Below, piece by piece: positions 26,027 through 41,491 of a DNA stretch of 64,000 nucleotides (within the stretch, counting starts at the first letter, position 1; each line of letters opens with the position of its first letter). The notes under the pieces were generated by a model. The model worked only from the letters and a program-made list of their open reading frames with translations. It was not told the origin of the DNA and ran no database searches. The DNA is from Eledone cirrhosa (Eukaryota), in the NCBI GenBank assembly GCA_964016885.1, contig OZ024743.1:166532001-166596000 (forward strand), given 5' to 3'. A program made the position numbers and the translations under genes.

Positions 26027-28461
26027 CCCTTTAGCATTCAAACCGACAAGATTATGTCCCCTTTCATTTATTCAAACCGACAAAAACCGACATTTAATAC
26101 TACATGGAGATCTCCTTCTAAAAATAGACATTGACATCATCGAAATCTCGTCAATTCGAGATTACTGCGAGATAAAGCCCTTACGCGCGAAAATTAACTC
26201 TTAGTATAGTTAAAGAATTTGCGATAACACGTGTTTTTAACGTTGAAAGTGTAACATGGCTTTCGAAAGTAGCGACAACGAATTTGAAGGTTTTACGTCC
26301 GACGACATTCGAGATCAAAAAGAAACAGAAGATAATATCAGTGATTTATCTTCAAACGAATCAGATATATCTGATGATGATGATAGTCACTTTGAAAGTG
26401 AAAGACACCATTGAAAAAACACCAACGTGGTTGAAAGAAACAACACCGATACATGTTTCGGATTTTACTTAAAATATTGGACCACAACACACATTACCAC
26501 CCGATGCTAAAGCACTGGATTATTTTTTTTAATTTTTACCACAAACTTTCTTCGAAGTTGTGGCAGAAGAGACAAATCGCTATGCACAACAACAGATTTC
26601 TAATATCGGAAAACCCGATCTGTTATGGCGTCCGACAGATTCTGCCGAAATGAAAGCGTTTTTTACCATAAACATTGTTTGGTATTAAACAATTTCCACG
26701 ACTGTGGAATTATTGGAGTACTGATATAAGGTTTGGTGACCCTTATATATCTAGTATTATGGCAAAAACGAGATTCATCAAATAAAACCAGTATTTGCAT
26801 CTGGTTGATACTTCAAATGCCCCTGGTAGAAATGAATCAAATTACGACCCACTGTACAAAGTATGACCATTAATTGAAATGTTGTCAGAAAAATATAAAA
26901 GTGTGTATATACCTGGAAAAAATCTTAGTGTTGATGAAGCTATGATTGGGTATAAGGGTAGGGTTAATTTCAGACAGTATATGCCAGCTAAACCCACCAA
27001 ATGGGGCATCAAAGTGTGGGAACTGTGTGAATTGGACACAGGATACTGTGTGGTCGCTGACTCAACCCTTCCACTTTCAACAGACATATATATTTTGACC
27101 GTTTTTTTTTCTTCGGTGCTTTTAGCAGAGAATCTTGCCCTTGTAAATACATACACCTGCGGCACAATAATGAGCAATCGGAAAGGGCTACCCCAAGAAA
27201 TAAAAGTTGCGAAACTGAAAAACAGAGGGGACATTCTCCAAATGCAAAAAGAGAACATGTTAGCCACAGTGTTCAAAGACAAACGGCAAATTTTGTTCCT
27301 GAGTTCTAACCAACAATCAGGTGTTGGGGCTAAGGGTAGACCTTTGGTTAACCTCTCCTACAATAAATATATGGGTGGGGTTGACAAATCTGACCAGTAC
27401 TGTGCTTATTACCCAGTTGGGCGCCCTGGAAAGAAATGGTGGAGATACATCTTGTGGTTTTTAGTGAATTTAACCCTTGTGAATTCTTTTATTGTATTTA
27501 CTAAAAGCTACAAGGACCCGCCACCACCAAAGGACTACTGTCATATGAAGTTTTGCGTGGACATTGCATCCCAGCTACATGGAGGATATACTTCTCGCAA
27601 ACACAAAGCTGGGAAAAAAAATCAAAATTAGCAGTGGTTCACAATGAAAATATTGATTTTCATAAAGTGGAGAGAATTGATGGTAGGAGGAAGGTTTGCT
27701 GATTGTGCTCTTTGCAAAAGAGAAAAACTGTTAAAGGTTACGCAATCCAAACCCTATTTATTTGTTCCTTTTGCAAAGTACCATTATGTAAAGGGTGCTT
27801 TGGGCAGTATCACGATAGAAATATTGTCTGACAATATTGAAAACAATATTTTAAAAATATATTAGAACACATATACAAAAACACCTGCATTCACCTGTGT
27901 TACACCTGTTAATGAACTTATATATTGGGAACATTCTGTTACGTAAATTTACACCGTACATTGTGTAAGAGTACATTGCCAATATTATTTTGACTGGTGA
28001 AAAGGTTTTATACATTTTTTTCAATAAAAATATTTGCCTGGAATGTAGAGAAAGACTGATTGTACTGATTACACCTGCATTTTTAATTAATTCACCTGTT
28101 CGGAATACTGCTAGAATTGAAATCAGCATCTAGATCATTATTGGATTTTTTTGCAACAAATCTAACAGGTAAGGCAGATAAAGTTTAAATTTTTGTGTTT
28201 ATCCATAAAGTTATTACCTTTACACCTGTTAATTAATTTCACCTGCCCATAAAAGTCAAATTTAACAAAAAAAAAATCAGGTAAAAATATATAATTGTAA
28301 ATTATAGTTATTTAAACATCTGACAAAATTTCAAGTCTGCACATAGAAAATTAAAGTAATTACAAACAAATAAAATTGATAACCCTCTTGAGTATAATTA
28401 AGTGAAAATAATGCGAATAGATGAACATGACATTTGACAATTCAATGTGAATGCTAAAGGG
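26027..28461 (+). mobile_element. piggyBac (PGBD4-like) transposon, decayed transposase
   Basis: TTAA on both sides; TIR ccctttagcattca; VDEAM, YMPAKPTKWGIK, YNKYMGGVDKSDQ; Cys-rich C-terminus. Confidence 0.95.
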
Positions 28462-28469
28462 TTAAACAA

Positions 28470-31380
28470 TCACACAACCATCTTCTCTTTCAGGTACATA
28501 GAACCCCTACCCAAGGAAGTAACAACAACTGTCAAGGTACAAATTTCAGGACTGCCACTCCCAATGTTGGTATCCTGAAAGGCAGATCAGGTGAAATTGT
28601 GGAGCTATTAAAAAAAAGAGGAGTAGATGTATGCTGTGTACAAGAAGCGAGATGAAGGGGTGCGTCAGCAAGAATAATCCCGGGCAAGCAGCTTAGATAT
28701 TACTGGGTAAGAAATGACAATGTGGTAGGAGGTGTAGGCATCTTACTAGTTGAGAAATAGTTAGAGGTAGTTAGAGTAAGTGACAGAATCATCAAGCTTA
28801 GATTAACTGTAGGAAATAGACTGGTGACAATTATATCTACCTTTACAGACAGGACTGGGTAAAGAGCAAAAGGAGAGGTTCTATAAGGAACATTTACAGA
28901 CAACTTCAGGTGTTTACGAAAAAGACCTCATCATCCTGGCAGGCAACTTCAATGGACATGTGGGACAGTACCAGGATGGATTCAGCGGAGTTCATGGCGG
29001 CTATGGTTATGGCTCAAGGAACGAAGATTGACTGAGACTCTTAGAATTCTGTGATGCAAATGAAAACCATTTGCAACATAAATTTCAGGAAATCCACTAA
29101 TCATCTGATCTCATATCAATCAGGCAAACACATAAGCCAAATTGATTACTTACTTGTAAGACAAAGAGATAAATGGACTGTAATAAATACTGGGAAAGAA
29201 TGCACTGTCCAGAACAAGTTAATCATTAGTGACATCAATATAAAGACAAGACGGAAAAAGTCATGCAAGAAAATATGGAGACAGAGGGTTTGGAAACTAA
29301 AGGACCTTTTGATTAAATATAGGTTTAGAAAGGCCCAACAGGATGCACTTGATGAGAGGGATGACAAACTAGATACATATAATGTAGAGGACAACTGGAA
29401 ATTATTACGCAACAACCTTTCGCGAACTACTGACAAGACTTGCCGCTGGAGTAAAGGACCAGCCAGACAGGGGGTGACCTGGTAGTGGAATGGCACAGTG
29501 GATACAGCCAAGAGACAAGCGTGGAAAGACTGTAAAAATTGGGTAGCAGAAACTGGTACCAGGTAGTTAAGAAAGAAGCTCGATGGCAGGTATACACAGC
29601 TCAGAGAGGGACTGAAAGTAAATTTGGCAATGTCTTGAAATGCAACAACCAGAAATGTGAAGTATTCCGTATTGCAAGGCCGTGTGTTAGTATACATCGA
29701 AATGTTGTTGGGGAAAAACGTATTAGAAATGATGGTGTACTTAGCACCACTGATGCCCAAAAGAAAGAGGCCTGGAAATGTTACTATGAGAGAATAATTG
29801 TTTCTACTTTTTGGCACAAGGCCGGCACAAGGCCAGCAATTATCCCAGTGTATTACTGGTACTTTATTTTATCAACCCCATAAGGATGAAAGGCAAAGTT
29901 AACCTCGGTGGGATTTGAACTCAGACCATAAAGGGACATAACTTTTTTGCTGCAAAGCATGGCGTCCGACCCTCTACCGATACTGCCAATCCACCACCGT
30001 TACTATGAGAGAATAATGAATGCAGACAATGAATGGGAGGGAAAGGAAGGGCCAGCTTCTGAAGTTGATAGTTTTAGGGTCAAAGACACAATCAAGGAGA
30101 TGAAGATGGGTAAAGTAGCGGGACCATGAGAGATAGTTGCTGAGATGCTAAAGCATTGGGAGAGGCAGGAGTGAAACTAGTAACCCGCATAGTAAATCAA
30201 ATAGTACATGACGGAGTCATATCAAATGACTGGTGCAGCAGTACAATCATAAATTGCTACAAGGGCAAAGGTGATGCTCTAGAAAGGAGCAACTATAGAG
30301 GAATAAAACTAATGGACCAAGTTATGAAAGTGACAGAAAGAGTTATAGCACATCTAATTAAGGAAGGAGTCAAATTAGATGAGATGCAGTTTGGATTCAT
30401 GCCTGGGAAAAGTACTACAGATGCCCTCTTCCTAGTGAGGCAACTACAAGAGAAGTTCCTAGCCAAAAATAAGCCACAAAATTTAGCTTTTGTTGATCTA
30501 GAAAAGGCCATTGACAGGCTATCTCGATCTAACATCTGGTAGTCCTCAAAGAAATTAGGTGTAGAAGTATGGCTTGTGAAAGCAGTGCAAGCTATGTATA
30601 GAAGAGCTGTCAGTAAAGTGAGAGTAGGAAATGTTTAGTGAGGAATTCAAGGTACAGGTAGTTCATCAAGGTTCAGTTCTTAGCCCACTGCTGTTCATCA
30701 GTTCTCCAGGCCATAACAGAGGAGTTTAAAATGGGATGTCCAAGGGAACTTCTCTACGTAGATGATTTGGTCCTTATAGCTGAAACCAAAAAAAGAACTC
30801 AAAAATGAATTCCGATTACGGAAACAGACTTTGGAATCAAAAGGTCTGGAGCAAACTTAGCCAAAACTAAAGTGCTAGTGACTAGGAAAGAAGATTTGAC
30901 CCAGATTCCTTCAGGGAAGTGGCCCTACTCAATATGTAGATAAGGAGTAGGCATAAACTCCATACAATATACACAATGTAAATCTTGGGTACACAAAAGA
31001 TGTAGAGAGATAACAAGTAGACTAATAAGAAGGGAGAACTTTGTATGTAGAAGATGCACAGGAGTAATCGAAGGGAAGAGTGCTAATGATATAAACCTCT
31101 TCCAGTCACAGGAAGGATCCATAGCTTATGCTATCTGGGTGACCTAATTAACAGTGGAAGAGGGTGCGCCAAGAGTATAATAGCTGGAATAAGGATAGGA
31201 TGGAAGAAGTTTAGAGAATCACTCACTGTTGACAACGAAAGGTTTCTCCCAACATACAAAGGGACAGCTGTATGACGCCTATGTGCAGAGTGATGTTGCA
31301 TGGTAGTGAAACATGGGCTGTGACTGCAGAGGACTTGATGAAGCAACCATGCTTCGTTGGATGGGCAATGTAAGTGTAAG
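28470..31380 (+). mobile_element. Near full-length degenerate RTE LINE, with SINE inserted at about 29795-29998
   Basis: APE remnants, SQIDYLL, NCYKGKGDALERSNYRGIKL, MQFGF. Confidence 0.88.
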
Positions 31381-31523
31381 AGAAAGGCAGATCGTCGAAC
31401 TGCTGCTGCTGCTGATAATACCTTTTCTAACACCAACCCTTTTACTGCTTCATACAACATGCAGGGATATGATATATCTATTCTAAACGAGATACATATT
31501 TTGAAATATCAGAGATGACCTAC

Positions 31524-31637
31524 CAATCAGCTGGTTTTTCAGCATCAGGATCTGGAATGTCTTCTGGTTCATCATCAAGCCAACCAGCAGGTTTCACGGC
31601 ATCTTCATCAATTATTTTCTCTGGTTGGTCTTCATCC
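31524..31637 (-). CDS. CANX: Calnexin exon: [37 protein letters not shown](W)
   Basis: tttag/gtaggt; 114 nt; P repeats. Confidence 0.96.
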
Positions 31638-32189
31638 CTAAATTTACAAATATACATTATTAATACATATAGTGAATTTCTTTACAAAAGATTCATTCAA
31701 ATATGGAGGAAGTGTGTAGCATCTAGTAATATATGTTGTGCTGTGTTGGATTTCAATCAGTTTCGATGAGTGCTTCAGTTGTTTGAACAACAGGACAGCT
31801 TGAGCATAAAATTAACACGTGAGTGGCTGAGTATTCCACAGATACATATATTTTTACCGTAGTTCTCAGGGAGATTTAGCATGACACTGTGTACAGGTAC
31901 AACTCAATTTTGCCAAGTGACTGCACTGGACCCACATGAAATAAAGTTTTTGCTCAAGAACATAACCACATCACATAAGTTGCTAATACCAACCACATAA
32001 TCATTTCATGAGGTTTGAATAATACCAACCACATAACCATATATAAGGCATTAATATCAACTACATAAACATATAAAGTACTAATACCATATCATATAAA
32101 GTATTAATACTAACTACATAACCATATAAAAGGTACAAATACTACCAATATTGCCATATAAAGTATTAATACTAGCCATATAACAATAT

Positions 32190-32520
32190 CATCATCATTT
32201 CATTTTACGTCCACTTTTCCCTGCTTGCAAGGGTGGGACGGGAACCGATTCTGGCTTGATTTCTACAGCTGGATGCCCTTCCTAACACCAACCTCATTTA
32301 CAGTGAGTGCTGGGTGCTTTTTTTCCGTGGCACCTCCACGACCACTTTGCAGTGGAATGATAGGGACCCCAGTCCCTATCATCTCATTTCTACAGCTGAG
32401 TAAACTGGAGCAATGTGAAATAAAGTACCTTGCTCAAGGAAACAACACATCACCCGGTCTGAGAATTGAACTCACAACCTTTCGATTGCAAGGCCAATGC
32501 TCTAACCACTAAGCCATGTG
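32190..32520 (-). mobile_element. tRNA-derived CORE-like SINE with RTE-derived tail; second copy at about 34185-34500
   Basis: A box tggcttagtggt, B box gagttcaatt; tail cccgtcccacccttgcaag..ggacgtaaaatg matches the RTE 3' end at about 42826-42880. Confidence 0.8.
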
Positions 32521-32851
32521 TCTCCATTGTATAAGGTATTTGTTCAGCTAATAAGTTCCAATAATATCTACCATGATTGACTATATTTTATTCCTCTAGC
32601 ACCTATAAAATAGGAAGCAGTAAAAAAAAAGTGGAGGGTAATTTTAACAAGTGATAATAATATTTAATCAAGTGAATTGGCTAAGGTAAACTAAATATAT
32701 TTACCTTAGGACACAGTATGATTACACCCCTGAACTATTCATTTTGTACTATCTCAATATATTCACACACAATGTAATCCAGCTGTCTAACCACTGAGCA
32801 ACTTACTACATAACAAATATGAATGAAGTACAAATGAATTTAGAGAATTAA

Positions 32852-33075
32852 CCCTTTTGATGCTAACTTGGCCAAAACCAGCTCTGCTTCTCTGAAACAA
32901 AACCACCTATTTTAAATGGTTCCTATTTAAATTAAAATCTTCCAACATTTTTATATAAGAAACATATGTTAAGTTACAATCTGAGTAATGAAATAATAAT
33001 TTTAGTGAATCCCTCCAAATTCTTCAATTATTAATTGAAATATTGTATTCCATTAAAAATATGGCCACAAAAGGG
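32852..33075. mobile_element. piggyBac-type MITE (about 225 bp); related copies near 47750, 48645-48866, 62780-63010 and 63526-63755
   Basis: ttaa-cccttttg ... caaaaggg-ttga ends; shared internal ggttcctatttaaattaaaa. Confidence 0.75.
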
Positions 33076-33147
33076 TTGACAGCAAAAGATTTAGAGATTT
33101 TCTTTATCAAATTAAGACGAGGTTTTAAAAATTAAAATAAGTTTTAC

Positions 33148-33183
33148 CAATCATCAGGTTTCACTGCATCAGGATCAGCAATT
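33148..33183 (-). CDS. CANX: Calnexin 36-nt exon: IADPDAVKPDD(W)
   Basis: ttttag/gtaaaa; P-domain repeat; symmetric phase 2-2. Confidence 0.93.
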
Positions 33184-33382
33184 CTAAAAGTAGAGTGAAT
33201 AAATATATCATTGACCAAAAGTGGAATAAATGTAGGCTGTGAAAGCCATTTTAATTAAGGAACAAATTAAACAATAACATTATTAAGATACAAGCATTTC
33301 ATTATCTCAGATTAATTAAATAATTAATATGACAGAAAAATAGTATCTGTAAATGGATATTCCTTTTTAAACAATTACTCAC

Positions 33383-33457
33383 TTCTCTCTATCATCCCAG
33401 TCAGTAGGCTTCTGGTCCTTAGTATCTTCAATTTCCTTAGATGGATTAACTGGAGGT
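33383..33457 (-). CDS. CANX: Calnexin exon, P-domain start: PPVNPSKEIEDTKDQKPTDWDDRE(K)
   Basis: tatag/gtgagt; 75 nt; type-1 P repeat KPxDWD. Confidence 0.96.
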
Positions 33458-34001
33458 CTATAATAAAATAACATTAGTTATCCAAAGAGAATGTCATAAA
33501 TAACAATAGCTATTTTATATCTGTTTCCATTCATGTATAGGTTAGACAGGTCTGCAGCGGAACAGCTTTCCTCCACTTATCATGTCTTCTATGAGGCTCA
33601 GCATTTTGAGATCAGCTCCCACAACTTCACCTCAGTTTTTCCTTAGTTGTCCTGTTCCACTGCAATCTCTTGGCATTTCTTCACCCAACAACCATCACCT
33701 ATATGCATCACATGCTCATACCAGTGCAATCTTCTATCCTGCACACTACATCTGATTCCTTTTATGCCCAGTTTTTTCTTTCTTACACAAACACACACTC
33801 ACACATAAATACAGGTGTGTGTGTGTGTGCGTGCGTGCGTGCGTGTGTGTGTGATCACCCCCATTAGATTCTCTCTCCCTTCCACTCACACCATGAAATA
33901 AGGAAATTGCTCATACACATATTTTCCAAAAATTCCTGATTAGAAGCCACCATATATATATATAGAAGTGGTTACACAACAGTTAGTTCACCATACCGAG
34001 A

Positions 34002-34057
34002 ACAATTGTTTCACCTTAGCGGATCCTCATGAGGATCCGCTAAGGTGAAACAATTGT
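34002..34057. repeat. Perfect 56-bp palindrome, followed by an imperfect hairpin at about 34078-34179
   Basis: acaattgtttcaccttagcggatcctca|tgaggatccgctaaggtgaaacaattgt. Confidence 0.95.
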
Positions 34058-34784
34058 ATATAAGAACCCTAGAGCAAATATTTATTAAAATAACAGATTG
34101 AAGTTTAAGCAAAGGATCGCTGCTTTTACCCTTAACGCGATTCTTTGCTTAAACTTTAATCTGTTATTTTAATAAATATATATATCATTTCATTTTATGT
34201 CCGCTTTTTCCCTGCTTGCAAGGGTGGGACGGGAACTGATACTGGCTTGATTTCTACAGCTGGATGCCCTTCCTAACACCAACCTCATTTACAGTGAGTG
34301 CTGGGTGCTTTTTTGCCGTGGCACCTCCAGTGGAATGATATGGATCCCAGTCCCTATCATCTCATTTCTACAGCTGAGTAAACTGGAGCAATGTGAAATA
34401 AAGTGTCTTGCTCAAGGAAACAACACATCACCCGGTCTGAGAATTGAACTCACAACCTTTTGATTGCAAGGCCAATGCTCTAACCACTAAGCCATGTGCC
34501 TCCATATATATATATATATATATAAATGTAATCTGAGTTTTTCGAATATTAACAATAACATTCGATTCATTTACAATTATGCAAACAAGCCTCATTTTTA
34601 TAGACATGTCAGTAGAATGAACTCTTCATTCTTGGTTTTGTGTTGGCATGTAAACAGAAGTGCAGACACTAATGTTTCTGGGTATCATCCTTAATCAGTA
34701 CAGCTCACTGTTCACCTGCCAACTGTCAGAGCTAGTGAAAATATATGCTATTTTCTAAAATATACAGTGACTGATCAGCGACTC

Positions 34785-35435
34785 GTTGGATCTTGAGGAC
34801 TTTCCGGACAAGAGACCGAGAGACCATGTTGATACTATGGAGGACATTTGTCCTAAGCCGCCTGGACTATTGCTCCCAGCTGTGGTCACCCCATAGTGTC
34901 AAACTAACCACGGAGCTTGAGGCAATCCAACAAAGCTACACCTAGAGGATTGCAACGATGAAGGAGATAAGCTACTTGGAGAGGCTAAAAGAACTGAACC
35001 TCTATTCCTTGGAACGAAGACAGGAGAGATACGCAGTGATATACATGTGGAAAATACTGGAGGGACTAGCACCAAACTTTGGCATTGGGAGCTGGACCAA
35101 CCCCGAACAGGATGTCATTATGTGGTGTCAAAGGTCTCGTCTTCCACATCTAGAATAAGGAGCAGATATTGCAATAGCCTGGAGTTCAAGGGCCCTCAAC
35201 TCTTCAACAAGCTGCTGAGGGATCTGAGAGATCTGCATGGTGTGGACATGGATGTTTTCAACAAACATCTCGATATCTTGCTATCCAGGATCCCGGATGA
35301 GCCCACAGCAAGGCTCGAGGGAAACATAAGGGCAGCAGCAACGAACTCCCTCTTGCACCAGTGGCCAACCAATACAGGCTGGAGATAAAATGTGTGCATG
35401 GCCTCAGCCAGATGGCTGGAACAGGTAAAAGAGTA
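34785..35435 (+). mobile_element. 3' end of a CR1/L2-group LINE
   Basis: LDYCSQLWSP, SYLERLKELNLYSLERRQERY..WKILEG, GPQLFN. Confidence 0.8.
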
Positions 35436-36122
35436 ATATATATATACATATATACACATTTCTTTAAAATTGACACCCACCTAGTTTTGTCTGCCCTATA
35501 CTTGGATTTGGGGGCCTCTGTCGTATATGTATATGCACTTGTGTGTACATATGTATATATACACACCTGTATGGATCTGTGTGTGTGAGTGTATGTACAA
35601 GTCAACCAACATAGGTCTTTTTATTTCTAAACTCTCTAAGTAACTCTTACCATAATTTTCAGTATTATCACCTCACATAAATTCCTCAATTTGTATGTGT
35701 GGATGTGTGTGTGTGTCTGAGGGGGTGGGTGTGAATGTATGTGCAAGTCAACCAACATTAGTCTTGTTATATGTAAATTTTCTAGTATTCTACTCTAACC
35801 ATAAATTCCTCAATTTAAGATTGACCTGTAGTATCGAATTTCATACTATAAACCTCAATTGAATATATATCTGACCAGGAATGCTTTTTGTGAAAATCAG
35901 TCATATGGAACTATTGTCATCTTGCCTGATGGTTTGAACTTTACAACACCACCTGCCTCTTTGAGGTCAAATACCAACCCTGCTAGCATCTACTACTGAC
36001 CAATGAGAATTAAGATTATTCCTGCTGACAACATTAAATTATTCCTAACAAGCTCATATGTCCCAAGGCTCTGATACAATCAACACCATAAACACAGAGC
36101 TGGCATATCTAAGAACTGACTA

Positions 36123-36178
36123 ACTGCCTGATGAGGTCATAGCCACTCAATGGCTATCATCGAAATATATATAGCAGT
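36123..36178 (+). ncRNA. Minimal type I hammerhead ribozyme (Penelope/retrozyme type)
   Basis: Stem I ACTGC/GCAGT; core CTGATGA and GAAA; stem II GGT-C-ATAGCCA[CTCAA]TGGCTAT-C-ATC; palindromic stem III ATATATAT; AUA cleavage triplet; AATAAA just downstream. Confidence 0.82.
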
Positions 36179-36219
36179 AAATAAAGGATTATGAATTCAT
36201 GCAATTGACTTATGTTTCG

Positions 36220-36254
<35 letters not shown>

Positions 36255-36309
36255 ATATGTATATATATATATGTATATGTATTTATATGTATATGTATAT
36301 ATATATATT

Positions 36310-37089
36310 CACCTCATGCTGCCGGACGAAAATGCAAGGACTCCTCTTTTCTTCAACAGAACCCCATCTCCCTCACCGCGCCCCACCGTTCCCACCCAAC
36401 AAACGCAATCAAAAACTTCAGAGTTGGTACCATGAATGTAGGCATCTTAAAAGGTCGCTCTAACGAGGTTGTAGAAATGCTTGCATGTAGAGATGTTGAT
36501 GTTTGCTGTATCCAAGAGACCAGTGGAGGGGTGGGTCTGTTAGATTCATTGTGGGTAAAAAACGATGCTATAAGCTTTTCTGGGTGGGGTAGAAATCATG
36601 TTAGCAGAAAAATGGGTAGATAATATAATATATGTGAATAGAGTGAATGACAGAATAATTAAAATAAGACTTGTCATAAATAGAACTACTGTGACAGTAA
36701 TATTGGCGTCCGCACCCCAATTCGGGCTGCCTGGCGTTATAAAAGACAGATTCTATGAGTCATTGATGCTCACTACCTCCCAAATAACCGACAGTGACTA
36801 CATAATTATTGCTGGCGACCTAAACGGTCACATTGGACAACATTGTGACGGCTATGACGGAATTCATGGAGGCTATGGGTTTGGTACTAGAAATGAGGAA
36901 GGTTCAGAATCCTGGAATTCTGTAACGCAAATAACCTAACTCTCTGTAACACTAACTTCAAAAAACGAGACAATCACTTGTACACCTATAGATCAGGGGA
37001 ACACACCAGTCAGATTGATTATATCCTCACTAGAAGACGTAATAGAGTGTCTGTTGTAAACACTAAATCCCTCCCCCATGAAGAATGCA

Positions 37090-37090
<1 letters not shown>
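36310..37090 (+). mobile_element. RTE LINE 5' part (APE endonuclease)
   Basis: FRVGTMNVGILKGR, DVCCIQET, IIAGDLNGHIG, SQIDYIL. Confidence 0.88.
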
Positions 37091-40120
<3,030 letters not shown>

Positions 40121-40462
40121 GACACTACGGCTTAATACGGGATGTTTGTTTACAAACACACCGAGCATTATAATAAATGTTTGGTGAATCCATACGTGCA
40201 TATATATATGTGTGCATGTATGTATATATATATATATACATACTACTGTACGTCGGTATACATATATGTATGTACGTGTACATACTTATATTTAAGTAAC
40301 AGCCGTACTAAGAGTGGGAAATGAAATATCGTTTCATTTTTTCCGTTTATACATATATATATATACACATATATAGTAATAATAATAAAATTGAAGACTA
40401 AAATCCAAAGAGGGCTCGATAAGGAAAATATATATCAAATATATAAGAACCGTAGAGCAAAT

Positions 40463-41278
40463 ATTTATTAAAATAACAGATTAAAGTTTAAGCAAAGAAT
40501 CGCTGCTTTCACCCTTAACGGGATCTTCTGAAACTAACAGTGTACTTGTTTTAGTTGACTTACGTCTCCGAACATTTGTGTATTTATATGTAGATATGCG
40601 TGTGCGCTTGTTATATACGTATTTATTTACTTATATACGTTTATATAATTATTTATTATTTGTACACAAGCATACACACACACACACATATTTATATGTG
40701 CGTGGTTTTGTATACCCATGGTAAGGTTTTGCGTATGCTTGTGTATTTACGTATCTGTTTGCGTGTATGTATTTATTTGTTTCTATTACTTCTGTATTGT
40801 ATTTATTTACTTTGTTCTTAACTCTGTAGCGGAGATTCATTTGGTCTCCTAGTTAGAATTTAGTCTACGATTTCTGCTATACCATTTACGTGGTTTTGTC
40901 TTTGCGTGCTATTGTTCTCCACGCTCCACATACGACTTATTATCTTTGTTTTTTCGTTCATTGCCAGAGAACGTCTCTATGCACCACCTAAGAGAACATT
41001 AGTCTACGACCTCTTTTATACCATAAACGTGGTTTTGTCTTTGCGCGTAATTGTTTTTCACCGCTCCTATTAATGACGTATTATTCGTTTTTTCCCGTTC
41101 TTTACTAGCGAACGTTACCACGAACCAAAGTATCGTCTTCCCGTCTTCCTCCGGTTGCAACGTTTTTTGAAATATCCAGTTCTGTGTTTACAGATTGACT
41201 TTGTTAGTTTCAGAAGATCCCGTTAAGGGTGAAAGCAGCGATTCTTTGCTTAAACTTTAATCTGTTATTTTAATAAAT
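40463..41278. mobile_element. Non-coding element bounded by 77-bp inverted repeats (40463-40539 / 41202-41278)
   Basis: The arms are reverse complements; the same arm sequence forms the hairpin at about 34078-34179. Confidence 0.75.
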
Positions 41279-41438
41279 GTACACATATATATATACATAT
41301 ATACACACATATATATACATATATACACATATATATACACATATATATATACATATATACACATATATATATATACACACACATATATATATATATATAC
41401 ATATATACACACATATATACATACATATATACATATAT

Positions 41439-41489
<51 letters not shown>

Positions 41490-41491
41490 TA

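Noticed and set aside
26879-27631. Possible domesticated PGBD gene
   Set aside because: Retains TIRs/TSD and has stops, frameshifts and an internal deletion; a decayed transposon
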